A stretch of 64,000 nt of DNA from Epithemia pelagica (Eukaryota; Protista; Bacillariophyta), in contig OX337234.1 of the NCBI GenBank assembly GCA_946965045.2, forward strand, positions 1,116,001 through 1,180,000. The letters run 5' to 3'. Numbering within the stretch: the first letter of the stretch is position 1; each line of letters starts with the position of its first letter. The notes under the pieces were generated by a model. It was not told the DNA's origin. It ran no database searches and saw only the letters and a list, made by a program, of their open reading frames with translations. The translations under genes were made by a program, and so were the position numbers. Shown one piece after another: positions 46,803 to 60,413 of the stretch.

Positions 46803-47341
46803 CAAGCTGAGTTCAGACAGAATGTTCCTATTGTAGCGCTCCAGTAGGAAATCTACGCAATACGCGCCAGCCATCTTTGTTTATATAGCCCGTATAATTA
46901 TGCCTCTGTTGTGCAAAGTGCCTCCGAAACTCGACAATCTCGCGTTCCCCCAGAAAAACTTCGTTTTGTACGAGACTATCGTGCGTGGGGTGCGTCCGAT
47001 GATCATGTTATTGTGGATGATGCCGATGCGTTGAACTGTTGCCCCATTGGTGGTGGTCCAACAACACCCTAAGGGAGCTGGATGCAGCTCGGCAACAGTT
47101 CAACAGGTCGGGACGGCCCTCCACCATGGTCAACAATGGACGGTTTTTTCGTAATCTTTTGGACGAAATTCTAGCGTTCGGAAGAAATCACACATTACAA
47201 AACACATAGTAAAATATTTATTTCAGCCACTAGGAAGTCGCTAGTCGGACACTAATAACGCAAAACGCTTTCCAGGATTACTCCTCTGGTACAAATTCTA
47301 CAGGAGTCTACGACAGGAACACACTCCCTGAACTCAGCTTG
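46803..47341. mobile_element. MITE, sister of 42266-42812 in opposite orientation
   Basis: Same TIR and TA flanks. Confidence 0.85.
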
Positions 47342-47515
47342 TACGAGTATCCCTCCGATTGCGGGGGTACCTCCCGTCTGCTGTCCATACGGTTATTCCC
47401 AAATTTTCCAAAAAAATGTAAAAATTATTTCTTTCAAATTTCTTTTGATTTAGCACATTAGTATAACGTCCAAGCCAACTGTAATAACTGGCTTCGCCCT
47501 ATTGTATTGTGTAGC

Positions 47516-48195
47516 CGCTTGCGCTCATGAATGGGAAACAGGAACCGTGAGCCGTGAGACTTGACGAGACATGCACAGAGAAATCTACAAGCCCATTTTG
47601 TACTCTAAAGTCTATACTGTTTCAGAAGCGAGTACTCTTTACGTAGTAGTGGATCAAGCTTCACGGAATCATCACACACACACCATGAAATACACACACA
47701 TGGTGCAACACAAGCTCCTGGCACTTTGTCTATGGGAAAGATAAAAGCATAGTCCACTACTAGTTTAGGCTTCCTGCTTCCTGGGCTTACATACCCCATG
47801 ATGACGCTGTCAAACCTTCGCTTCATCATTGCAGTGGTTGATTGTTCATTGCAGTGGTTCATGTTTCATGTTGTCATCCTTCCTTTGATGTATTCCGCCT
47901 TCACCTGTGATCTAGGTGGATGGTTTTGGCCATAAAGTTGTCACTGTGGTCGTTCGTACGGCTGGATGGTTTTCTTTTGGTTTTTGGTGTGCTCATGGTC
48001 GTCTTTTGTGGTGTTGCTCGAAAAGTGAGACGATTCCTGGCCCTTGTGCCAGCAATACAAGGCGTGACCGGCGCGTCTATTTCGAACGATCGAAGGGAGG
48101 CTGGCGATGTCACCCGGCTGGCGCTTTGGGAAAAAATACGAGACAATTTTTTCCTTTCGGATGACGGACGAACAAAGGTACCCCCCAATCGCACC
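47516..48195 (+). repeat. Second copy of the ~700-bp repeat
   Basis: Matches 29196-29908. Confidence 0.9.
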
Positions 48196-48864
48196 CTTTT
48201 TGTACGAGTACGAATCCGTACAACAACGAGTAGCAAGAAAAAGAGAGTACAGATCAACTTCAATATTCCTGTACAGATTGCTCAAGCGAAATCGATCGTG
48301 CGACTTTCGGATCTCCGTACACTTTGAGTTACTCTCAATCGGAGATGGCTCGTTGTGTAGATGAAATAGTAACGGACTACTATCATTAAGTACGATCCGC
48401 CAAAGCCATGGCAGAATTATGACTGACAGATTGTTCCATGCTGCCAGAACTAAGCCGTTATTTTTCTTACAATATGCCGTGTGACTGAAGAGTCGCACTT
48501 ACCATTCCACAAGAATTAACAAAAAAGGAAAATAAAGTCGGGCTATATTGTCAGAATATTGCCCAAGACGCCTCGACTCACGGGTATTCTACTCTCTTTG
48601 CTATACTAAAGCTCCGCGTCATTGTCAAATTTGGTACGAACGCAGGATGAATCTGCACAAGTCTTCTCAAGCCATTTTCTAAGGCAAAAAAGGTCGCCCC
48701 TTGTGCTTGTGCATCCATTGCCACTGGCATCATCGCTCTTTTGGGTATCTTGTCGGTTCTTGGAATGCCTTGATATCATCAACGCATCCTCTCTCTCATG
48801 TTGTCATAAAATCAGAAACTGTCCAAAGCAAAGGATAACAATCTCTTGTTTGGACACTACAAAA

Positions 48865-51800
48865 ATGAAACTCCTTCTCTCGAACATTATGCTCCCCTTC
48901 AAGTCGTCGTCGAAAACGACGACCTGTCTATCAATGCTTCTGCTTCTCCTCGTCAAGGTCCACGACGCCTCCGCTGAGCTTCCGTTGGGATCGTTTACGA
49001 AACGATCGCATGATTTGCAAGGCGACGTCTTTGCCTTGAGTGATCGTGTATTGGAAGTGCGCAACATGGTCTACGATGGTTTGGGACCTGCCGCCTTCTT
49101 TTGGGCCGACACAAATCCAGTGCCTTCTGCCAATGGCCTTCGATTGGCGGAAGGGATTCCCAGCCGCACTTGTGGCACTCAAGCCTTGCCCGAGGCCAAT
49201 GGCGATACCTTTCGCTTTGAGTTTCCCGAAGGAACAAGTTTGCGTGACTACGTCGGTGGATCGATTGGTGTTTGGTGTGAGACGGCCCGTGCCAATTTTG
49301 GAGAACTCATTATTGATGCCAACATTGACTTGTCTTCGTTGAACACCTTGGCCTTGGGTGAAGGACCGCCCATGGAATGTGGAACCTTGACGATTGGTAC
49401 TTTTACCACGCGTTCTCATGAATTGGCCGGCGAGGTCGTGGCCCTCAGCGATCGCGTCGTCGAAGTTCGCAACCTTGTCTATGATGGGTTGGGACCAGCC
49501 GCCTTTTTCTGGGCCGATACCCGAGCCGTCCCTTCCAGTTTTGGTCTTCGACTGCGCGATGCGTCTCCCAGTCGGAGTTGTGGTACACAAGCCTTGCCCG
49601 AAGTTCGGTCAGGTACGGTTCGCTTTGAATTTCCCGAAGGTCAAACCATTCGTGACTTTGCTGGTGGATCCCTTGGCGTCTGGTGTGAAACGGCCGCCGA
49701 AAACTTTGGAGAAGTGATTCTGACAAGTCCGGCCTTGGGCTTGTTGCCTGTGGCCAATGCTGGCGCTGGTCCGCAAATGGAATGTGCCCAAGTGAGTTTG
49801 GGACGCTTTACGACGCGCGCTCATGATTTGGAAGGTGAAGTAGTGGCCCTCAGTGATCGTGTCATGGAAGTTCGAAGTATGGTTTACGATGGGTTGGGTC
49901 CGGCGGCCTTTTTTTGGGCCGACACATCGGCGACACCCACCTCAAATGGCTTGCGTTTATTGGATACACAACCTGGCAACAGTTGTGGCACGGACGAATT
50001 GCCCGAAGCAAGGACCGAAACCTTTCGATTTGAATTTCCCGATGGAACAACGATTCATGATTATGTGGGAGGTTCAATTGGTGTATGGTGTGAAACCGCC
50101 TCGCAAAACTTTGGAGAAGTCGTCGTGGGGGCCAACCTGCCCCTGTCCACCTTGCCCGTGTCGGCTGAGGGACGGGGACCGGCCTTGGAATGTGGCGAAA
50201 GTGGTGGCACGTCCTTTGCGCCCACACCAGAAGGGTACAATTGCGAAGAACTCAATGATGACTTTCAAATCCGATGGAAGGTGGAAAACGATCAAGTCTT
50301 GATGGAACTCATTGGTCGTATTGAAGACGATGGATACATGGCCTTTGGCGTCAGTGGTAGTGAAACGGAAGCTCTCATGTTGGGTGCCGATCCTGTTGTG
50401 GCCGACTTTTTTGAAGGATCACCCCGGGCTCGTGATTATTACATGAACAATCGAGGTCAGTGTTCCGTTGACACGGGTGTTTGTCCGGATGAAAATGCCT
50501 CCTTCATGAACGATGTCACGTCTGACAGTGTCAGTGGAGAACGCGAACAAGGATTGACCTTGGTCCGATACCAGCGTCCGGCAGCACCGTCCAATGTCAA
50601 TGATCTCTTGACTGGATATACCGTCGATCGAGCCATGAATGTGCAATCGGGAGAGTTGACTACTGTGGTCTGGGCCTTGGGACCGGTCGATGCGGTATCC
50701 GGCAATCCCTTTTTCCATTCCATTGACTTTTCCACAACCTTGATTCAATTCGAGTTTGGACGCAGTGTCGTGGACAATTGTACTCCCCTTCAACCCAAGG
50801 AAGATGACGACGAAGAAATTTTTCCCTTTTTGCGACCCGTCTTGCGGGATACCACAGAAATCAATGCTGTCATTGGTCCTTCCGGAGGTGATCGGGGATA
50901 TGCCTCAATTTCGGGTGGCCGTGCTGCTTGGGGTATTGCGTGGTTCCTTAATGGTAAGTCGCAACGATATTCAATGGGTTTGTCGTTTTGTTGTTTGAGG
51001 ACGTTTTCTCAACTTCATGTGTTGGATGATTCGATTGTTTAGACATTTTGATCCCCGTGGTCGAAATGAGACGAGGAACGACTTATACATTCCGTGTGAA
51101 TGGAGGCGACGACGAAGAATCCCCTTCTCAATATCACCCCTTCTACTTGTCGGACTCCGTCGGGGGAGGATATGTTCAGCAGAGTCCAGAAAATCGACTC
51201 ATGGAGACAGTCTTTGCTGGAATCCAAATTACCAACCAAACCGACGAGGGTGTCTTCGAATTTGAGCCCACCGCCGTGGGTCCCTTGTGTTCCTATGGCG
51301 AGACGGATGCCAGTTCGGAATCATCTACCGGAGGTAAGTGTTACACTAGGACTGGTACCGTCACAATGGACGTGTCATACACGACTTGGAATCTCACACA
51401 AATGCCTCTGCGAAACAGGCTTCCTCGAGTATTTCTCCTCTCTCGATACATCTTGTGCTTCCGACGAGATGATTACCAGTGCTGCTGGAGTATTGGAATT
51501 CACCCCCGACGAAACCACTCCCGATTTGATCTACTACCATTGCGTAACCCACACCAACCTTGGTTGGGAAATACGTGTCATTGATGCTGACGCACCATCC
51601 ATCTTGGACGTGAACTGCGATGCATTCGGCTCTGCTCCAATCCAACTGACCGAGGATCTTACCTTGAATGCGATTGTCGATCCCATTGAGAACACTCTCA
51701 CGGCCGAACTCGTCTACAATGGCATTGGATGGGTGGGAATGGCGTTTACAAACGAACAGCCAGTCATGGTTGGAGCCGAGGCAGTCATTGGGTTGCCGGA

Positions 51801-52821
51801 CGAACCGAACAGTGCTTCCAACCCTGCAAAGTACAATTTGAATCAGCGCTCTGATGCCGGAGTGGTTCGCATGCCGGCAGAGAAACAGACTTTGATCGAT
51901 GCCTCCATTACTCAGGAAAACGGAAAGACGACTTTGAAATTTACCAAACTCTTGTTTGAAGACGGAGAGCATCCCATTTTCTCCGATCGATCCAACACAT
52001 TCTTGTTTGCTCATGGTTCCAGTAACACGCTTGGCTTCCATGCTGGCTTTGGTGGGTTTACTCTCTTACCCAACCAATGCGCTGTCAGGATCGCTGGAGA
52101 ACTCCAAAATGCGCATGCCCTGAACCAGCAAGGCCAAGTCGGTGTGGATGTTGCCGATTTGAACCGTCCGCTATGGGTTGCTCATGGTGCTTGCGCCGCC
52201 ACTGCTTGGGGTATTTTGGTTCCGTTGGCCATTGGAGCCTCCTTGGTTCGAAAGGTCTTTGTCAAAATGGGACTTCCCGAAGGCGCATGGTTCCAGGTTC
52301 ATCGTGCACTCAACATGTTGGCCGCCATTTTGACCTTGATTGCCTTTTCGTTGGCCGTCCGTGCCATCAACAAGGGCAGCCCCGATGACCCCAATCATTT
52401 TGACAGCGAGATTCTGCACCGCCACACTGGACTGGTCATCTTTATTTTGACCATGGCACAAGCAATCAATGGTATTTTGCGTCCCCATGTTCCGCACAAG
52501 GAGACGGAAGAAAAGGAAGACACGAACGATGATGATGATGAAATCGGGGACACGGAGACTCCCGAGAAAGATGAGAGCAAAATGCCTCCGGAACAAAGCA
52601 CCATCGAGGAGAAGGGTCCTGTTCGTTTTGGATGGGAGATTTTCCACCGTCTTCTTGGTTTCACACTTCTCGGGTTTACTTGGTGGCAAGTGCAAGACGG
52701 TTTGGGATTGTTTTCCGAACGTTTTCAGGAAGACAATTTGGACACGGTTTTCTGGATTGTTGTCTCGTGCCTTGCCGGGTCGATTGGAGCGGTGGCAATT
52801 TTCGCGCGTGTTGCGCTTTAA
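48865..52821 (+). CDS. Skeletor/Knickkopf-like multidomain protein: signal-DM13x3-DOMON-cupredoxin-like-DOMON-cytochrome b561 (introns 50954-51042, 51334-51418)
   Basis: Three YDGLGPAAFFW...GVWCE..NFGE repeats; GYMAFG DOMON; HPFY...YYHCVTHTNLG; GWVGMAF DOMON; four TM His motifs (AHG, VHR, HRH, FHR). Both splices are in frame. Confidence 0.82.
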
Positions 52822-53137
52822 AAGGAGTTGTCCATTGACCAGAAGTCCCTTTCTGTGAAACACCACTCAACTTGTCCCCTGATTGAATCCTGATTATTAT
52901 TACAATCAGAGTCAACTCATTATTAGAAGAAGAATATAACCCAACGAGCTTTAGCATAAGGTCAATATAGCGTCAACATTCGACAAAGAACCTCCTGTTG
53001 TTCAAATCCAAATGATCGCGAGACCCAACACCTTTGAAACCTCTAGCGGCAATGACAAGTGGGCGACCAAGAAGAATGAATGACTCGGCCAAACTGGTCC
53101 ATTTGTGAAACGATCCTCAGGGATGCACGACGTTCTT

Positions 53138-54907
53138 TCATGACGTTTTGTAGGTCTTTTGGGTGTTGCTGGATGATTCTGGTTGTATATTGGCCGACGA
53201 CCGTTTCCGTGCCGATATTGTAGACTGTGGGCGAGTGCCCGATGGTTCGTGCCGTCGTTTGGGTACTCCTCGATAGACTTGAATGTGCGCTCGTTCCCAT
53301 GCATCATGCTGATGGTTGGTCATTTGTTCCACCATTTCGGGTGTAATGTCCGCCAAGACATACAAGTCATGGTGCAAGGAGAGTTGAATGTCTTGACCAA
53401 AGTATTGATTCGACGCCGGACAGTTGGGATCGCCCACTTGGGTCCAGTCGAGGGGACACGGAAATTTCGGAGTGGACACCAAGGTCCATTCCACTTGCAA
53501 TTCGTCTCGAGTCCGTTGAAAAAAGTCTCGTTCAAGGTCGGGTTTGCGCCATCGGACAATCCACAACAAGGTTGCTGCCTTCGAATCCCTCTTCCAAAGG
53601 CGACCAACAGTTTCCACCAAGGCTGGAATGGATGTGGGATTGTACAAGATATCGGAGGTCACAATCAAATCGCATTGATTGTAAAGGGACGAAGGTGGAT
53701 TGGTTGCCCAATCCAGTGTTTGGCAATCCACTCGAACGTCAGAGGGTATCGACAATGGACTTGTTGTTGTTGTTGTTGCTGCGAAGGTGGTTGTTGGTGT
53801 GGTAGAGTCAGTGGTGATGCGGGATGTTCGTGTCAATGATGAAGCGTCCCCGTTGTTATCAAACAGGTGGTTTCTGATATTGTGTTGTACATTGTACTGC
53901 AAAAGAGGCAAGGCGGCTTCACAATCCGTCAGGGTAACCTGCAAGGGATGAGATGCGGCTATTGCTTGTGTGGACGCCGCCAAGGCCATTCCCAACCCTC
54001 CCACTCCGGAACCCAATTCCAAGACATGATGAAAGGGAGTCATCACAGTGTCGGAACGGCGTTTGTCATCATCATCATCATCATGACCTAGAATCCAGGA
54101 CCACACCAAGTCCACTTGGCGACCCGAGGATGATTGGTGTTTGCCATTGTGGCCGGAGGATTCATCGGTGGCCGTATCAGCTGCAGTTGTGGCAGCTTGA
54201 AGTACCAATCGAGTCGACGGCCACAACATACCATACGTCCCATCGTCTGTCGTACTGCGGTTTGTGGTGTTGCAGGGTGGTGGATTGCTGGATGCATCAC
54301 TACAACTCAAAGACTTGTTCTCATGCGACCGTCTTTTTGGATCTTGTCTTGTTCTTGTTGTTGTTGCGGCACAGGAATTGGACCGTGACGAGTCAGATGG
54401 TGATGATGATGCGGATGGTAGCGAAAACGTCAATTCCATCACCTTGCCATTGGACAAGGGAATTCGTTCCCACGCACACGACGAAGAAGAAGACGAGGGA
54501 AAGTGGCTCGTTTTGGTGGGCCATCCTTCGTTCTCTGCTTCAGTGGCACTCTCCACCAGACGTTGTGGGTCTTCTTGCCCCTCCACATCCTCTTCTTCCA
54601 AAGCGTCCACCATACTCCCTTGTGTGATTTGATCAATGTTCTTCTCGTCCTTCACTGCTGTATCATGATTTTCGTTGGAGGCTGCTGCTGCTGCAGCTAA
54701 TTGGTCGGATGATGAATCTGGTTCCTCCTCGTTGTCTGATGGTGGTGGTTGCTCCTCATGCATCAATTCCAATTGCAAGACATGTCCTGGTTCCGTGCCT
54801 TCGGGTACCACCACTTCCAATTCCGTCCCTTGTACCACAAAGGTCAAGGTATCCCCCACCGAGGCGGTTGCCGGGACGGGAAGAGACACGGTCCGAGTGG
54901 TTGGCAT
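53138..54907 (-). CDS. Lysine methyltransferase, family 16 (METTL21/EEF2KMT-like)
   Basis: YGMLWPS, VLELGSGVG, LTD, LDW, SDILY. Confidence 0.8.
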   Translation of the reverse strand: MPTTRTVSLPVPATASVGDTLTFVVQGTELEVVVPEGTEPGHVLQLELMHEEQPPPSDNEEEPDSSSDQLAAAAAASNENHDTAVKDEKNIDQITQGSMVDALEEEDVEGQEDPQRLVESATEAENEGWPTKTSHFPSSSSSSCAWERIPLSNGKVMELTFSLPSASSSPSDSSRSNSCAATTTRTRQDPKRRSHENKSLSCSDASSNPPPCNTTNRSTTDDGTYGMLWPSTRLVLQAATTAADTATDESSGHNGKHQSSSGRQVDLVWSWILGHDDDDDDKRRSDTVMTPFHHVLELGSGVGGLGMALAASTQAIAASHPLQVTLTDCEAALPLLQYNVQHNIRNHLFDNNGDASSLTRTSRITTDSTTPTTTFAATTTTTSPLSIPSDVRVDCQTLDWATNPPSSLYNQCDLIVTSDILYNPTSIPALVETVGRLWKRDSKAATLLWIVRWRKPDLERDFFQRTRDELQVEWTLVSTPKFPCPLDWTQVGDPNCPASNQYFGQDIQLSLHHDLYVLADITPEMVEQMTNHQHDAWERAHIQVYRGVPKRRHEPSGTRPQSTISARKRSSANIQPESSSNTQKTYKTS

Positions 54908-55589
54908 GTGTTGAGGTTTAGAGAGAGTATTGCGTGATGACGCCGTGTTCTAGACAAGGGACGGCACTTCGTTAGGGTTCTTCTTTATTCCCCAAAGGAG
55001 TATGACTCATGTCGAAAGGCGTTCCTTGTCCAACAATTTCCCCATGGTCAAAAGTGCCACATGAAACACGACAAAAATTTTGATACATAGCTATGAGACT
55101 ATCCTACCTACCATGTCCGATCGCCTCATTAACTCCTCTAGCATAAGCCCATCCAATCTGAATCTTAGGTACCTCTCTAGAAGAGGGTTCGTAATTCCCA
55201 ATTTCCATGGACAATGATTCAAGACAACGATGAGAAACAGTCTTTCCGCAATCAATCATCAATCTGTGAGCCCAAGGAAATGGAAGTACGGTACTCCATT
55301 TTTGGCACTCCAAATGTTTCTGTTGTTAAAACAGACGCATAGTTTCGTTAACGCCAATAAACGACTGTGCCTATCTACAACGACAAAACAGCCTCACGAT
55401 AAATTTTTGTGGAGAACAACGGAGACACCATCATTACTTACCTTCATCCTTCCATTGTCTCGGAATGGCCATTTGTCTGAATCGAACATTAGGAGATGGG
55501 ACGTGAATAATTTGTGTGGATTCGTTTGGTGGTGCTGCACTACAAGGTTTCGGAGTACCTACCTAGTACAAAAAAATCATCGACTACTA

Positions 55590-56674
<1,085 letters not shown>

Positions 56675-57013
56675 TTAAGCGGTCATTGTCCCCTTCGGAT
56701 CGACGTGACAAACCAACACACAAGCGCCAATGTTCTATGGAACTCCTCAGCGGTATAGAGTGAATCGTTTGAAACATTGGGAAAAGAAGTGCGACCCGTT
56801 CTGGGACTCGTTTTTCCGTCCCAATCCCCAATCAACATTTCCCTCCAATACAACCATGACGACCAGCCGCAAGCTCCACCAACACAGAGTAGGATCACCA
56901 TAGACAATGTTGGTGGAGTGAAGCTCAGCTCAGAAAATGGACGTACAATAGCTGCTTGCAAAGACAAGGTATGGTCGCGTTGATCATAACGAGCATCAAG
57001 TGATTGGAAGAGA

Positions 57014-57235
57014 ATGCTCTCGCTTTCCTCAAAACTCTTCAAGAACGCGGTTGCGAACCAGTCTTCTGCGATATCGGGTGGTTCTGTCGCCAAAGCCTTG
57101 TTTTCGACCAAGAATGGAACTTTCAAATGGTTCAATATACAAAAGGGGTATGGATTTATTGCCCCAGATGATGGATCTGATGATGTTTTTGTGCATCAAA
57201 CCGTAGTCCATGCCAATGGATTCCGTTCTCTTGCC
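57014..57235 (+). pseudogene. Mitochondrial-type cold-shock-domain protein, only the first exon recognisable
   Basis: Transit-like leader, then [12 protein letters not shown] and DVFVHQ (RNP1/RNP2). Donor GTAGGT after GFRSLA. The expected second half of the CSD is absent downstream. Confidence 0.7.
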
Positions 57236-57339
57236 GTAGGTGGCCATCATCGACAGTCTTGTAATTTGTGTGGAGCATCTTGTCTCAATGCTGTTGTTGC
57301 GTTCTTCCATGTTTTCAACTGTTAGCTTTAGAACGGAGC

Positions 57340-58570
57340 ACACAGCGGGTCATCAGCTTGGGCAACCGACGCAGCATAGTGAATTGCAAGAGGAGCTTAG
57401 GGCATTGAAAAAGCTTTTCGTCAAGAAAACCGTAAACGAAGCGAGAGCTGTTAGCTATGCGGAGTACTACGACGAAAAAAATGCTAGAGGGAAGGATCGA
57501 AACCTGGTCTCCAACATCTACAAACGCCACCGACTCCACCCAACTGCGAGCTTATCTTATTCAAGCTCCAAGTGGGTCGGAAAAAGGAGACCGTCAAGCC
57601 ATTTTGGAAGGATATTTTAAGCCGACACGAGCTCCTCCCGGCATGGAATAACGGTTACGAGATCGCACATTTGGGCACGAAAATCCCGGACATTTCAATT
57701 TTCCCTCAACATCTAGAAAAGCCGTCAAAAGGGGACTTTGTTGCCGCGGGAGATTGTAAGGGAAGTACTTGGGATGGGACATCTCATGCAGAATTGGGAC
57801 AGATCATGTCCTACGTACATCGAATGCTTGATACTCAATCGACAAGGCAGCTTGGCTATGGCTTCAAGCGTCTTAGCTTTTGAACATGATATGAAGCTTT
57901 GGCTACAGCTCATGCAAGAAGACACGGGGTATCATCAGCCCCACACTGTGAGCGGATATCCCATGTCCTTCGACCAAACTCTCCGACCGGGAGGGACATG
58001 TCGGGCATTTGGAGCAACCTATCGTGGGGCAGCGGTGGTTGCAAAACTAGATATATGCGGATGCTGCAAGACTTCCAAGCCCGAAAAGGTAATGATACCA
58101 AACGCAGATTTGGTTTGGTGGGCCCCTTTAATTGGAATGGACCTAACTTCGAGTGTCGTCCTGCGGTCTAGTGTGGGTAGGGATGCTCGTCCCTAACCAC
58201 CTTTGTTATGAGTTTGACTGAGGCCTAACCTATCTGTACACAATGAATACCCATCGCTTTTTACGTTGTTTGATGTTATGGATTATTACGCTCTTGACCT
58301 GCCTCCATCGATTGAGAAACTTTTAGCTTCTCTTCACGAATTCCAGTTTGGGCATACCATTGAGAAACTTTTAGCTTCTCTTCACGAATTCCAGTTTGGG
58401 CATACCGACATTGTAGACCACACTGTATTACTTCATTTCATCCGTCCCCCTACCATCTTCTCAACATCACCAAGCATAGAGGTCAAATGGAGCCAAGGCA
58501 AGCAAATTGTCCTGAGGAAGAACTGCCTACACATATATCAAGAGATATATCTGAGAATGAATCAAGATTC
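57340..58570 (+). pseudogene. Degenerate CR-type REase plus protein kinase
   Basis: KIPDISI...GDCK...ELGQIMSYVHRMLDTQSTR REase; RPGGTCRAFGATY..VVAK and LHEFQFGHTDI kinase remnants. Frameshifts and stops. Confidence 0.6.
58311..58406 (+). repeat. Perfect 48-nt tandem duplication
   Basis: ATTGAGAAACTTTTAGCTTCTCTTCACGAATTCCAGTTTGGGCATACC occurs twice. Confidence 0.95.
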
Positions 58571-58752
58571 ATGACAACAGAAATTGGATGAAGCTCTGTC
58601 AATCACAACTATGGAATGTCAGAACAGTTCTGGAATCTGTCGGACCGACGAGAAAGGGCAACTACTCTGGCCTAACCTGCCGAGGTAAACTATGTTGGAG
58701 CATGTTGAGCTACTGTACAGTCTATGTGGACGACGCGAGGAGAGGGGAGTTT

Positions 58753-60246
58753 TTATGGACCTGCAATGCGAGTACTTCCCCTATAGACTTCCTTCGTGCT
58801 CATCAGGAATGTGAAAACTTGGCTTTCAAAGAACCGCCCCTGATATTGCGGGCTTGGCTTTATTGGCCGGTCGCCCATTTTTTGATAATTCAGAATCGCA
58901 AAGCTACTGTTACCAATCACGTAGTGTGGGGTCCCTCCGGGAGTTTTCGGAAAGAATCTGAGTATGTGCTCGTCAAGCTTCGCGATTTCGGTGTTGTTGA
59001 TGGCGCTCGTTAGGACGCACTCAACGAAAGAGTCAACACGAGAATTGAAATATAGGTCAGGTTTTCTTGCTGCCGTCCCAACATTGACAAGCTTTGGGTT
59101 GAACAATCGAGTTTTGAGGTAGGAAACCCCCGAAAGAATGATTAAAAGTTCCAACGTAAGTGCATCTTCAATGGGCCCCCCAAAAGGGTTGTACGGCGTC
59201 CAATCTAGATTTGGAAGAGCGAACTGAAGAAGTTCCTGCACACCTTCGACACCATGCGAGAGCTGATTTTTGAAAGAGTGGCTTGATGATATCTTGGAGA
59301 TGAATTCTTCAAAGAGAAATTCGGATAAGATCTTATTGTTGGCGTCGCAGAAGCCTTTTCGCTTGAGATCATAGAGTAACGTTGGATCCTGGGTTTTATA
59401 CAGTAGTGGACGCACGTCAGTAGATAAAATATCAGGTAGACACCGATCAGCCATGGCCTTGTACTGGTCCTGGCCTTGCAACTCATATGAATGCAAGTAC
59501 TCTAATGTCTGAGCGGTATTGTAGCCTTGCGCAACACGCTTCGTTACCAGAACCTCTGAGAGCCACATTAAGGGATGGATGTGCCCACCGACGTAGTTAC
59601 GTACATGTTCCAAGACCGTACGGAGACTTTCGACATTCGCAGCAGCTGGCCCGCCTACAGCAGCCGCCACACCCGAAAAATAATCCACCACTCCTTCGCG
59701 AACCATCACTTCGTTTGACGACAAGAAGAGGTCAGACGTGTCCACTTTTTGCGTGAACTTTTGACTCATCGTTTGGTACTCGGGCACACCAGCGCCTACC
59801 GTGGTGATCTTGTGGTTCATAGTATTCTTCAGGAGGAGAGTATAAAGTCCTCCTCCCACGTTATCTTGGGTTTCGTCAATGAGAAGCCACACTTGCTTTT
59901 TCTCGTTAGCCAGGGTCTTGACGAAATGGATCACGAGTTCTCGGTTCAGGAATGTCGCGTTCTCAATAAAGTACACAGTCTCGTTTTTAGCCTGTAGAGC
60001 CAATCCGATCAGATTCAATAAGGTTGTTTTCCCCGCGCCCCGGCACCCGTTGATGTGGACGGACACATGGGGGCTAGCGACGTTCAATACTTTTTCAACG
60101 AGCCCTGTCCACTGCACCACAAAGGGACCAAAGCCTACTGCCTTGAACGACTCGTACGTTGCCTGGGGTTTAAAAGAAAACTCTGTGGCGACTCTTTGGA
60201 AGTCTTCGTCAGTCGTCGTCGCACGCGTTGCCGTCGTCATCTTCAA
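58753..60246 (-). CDS. CR-type P-loop NTPase plus REase-fold protein, intact 497 aa
   Basis: Walker A GCRGAGKT, Walker B LLIDE, C-terminal RKPDLYFN...FVEC...LDEHILRF. Confidence 0.7.
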   Translation of the reverse strand: MKMTTATRATTTDEDFQRVATEFSFKPQATYESFKAVGFGPFVVQWTGLVEKVLNVASPHVSVHINGCRGAGKTTLLNLIGLALQAKNETVYFIENATFLNRELVIHFVKTLANEKKQVWLLIDETQDNVGGGLYTLLLKNTMNHKITTVGAGVPEYQTMSQKFTQKVDTSDLFLSSNEVMVREGVVDYFSGVAAAVGGPAAANVESLRTVLEHVRNYVGGHIHPLMWLSEVLVTKRVAQGYNTAQTLEYLHSYELQGQDQYKAMADRCLPDILSTDVRPLLYKTQDPTLLYDLKRKGFCDANNKILSEFLFEEFISKISSSHSFKNQLSHGVEGVQELLQFALPNLDWTPYNPFGGPIEDALTLELLIILSGVSYLKTRLFNPKLVNVGTAARKPDLYFNSRVDSFVECVLTSAINNTEIAKLDEHILRFFPKTPGGTPHYVIGNSSFAILNYQKMGDRPIKPSPQYQGRFFESQVFTFLMSTKEVYRGSTRIAGP

Positions 60247-60291
60247 CTTACTAATTGTCCCTTCGCTTCAAAGCCAGTGGGTCTGATAAAC

Positions 60292-60413
60292 TCACTTATC
60301 GACGTCAGTAGAGCGAGTTCACTTCGTTAAGAAAAAGACTAAGATCAGATTACACACTATCGAGGATCTCCTTTCAATTCAGTAAGACAATAAGAGGTAG
60401 GAGTAAACGTGAT
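60292..60413 (-). repeat. Second copy of the ~120-bp upstream element
   Basis: Reverse complement of 36668-36783 with a few substitutions. Confidence 0.9.
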
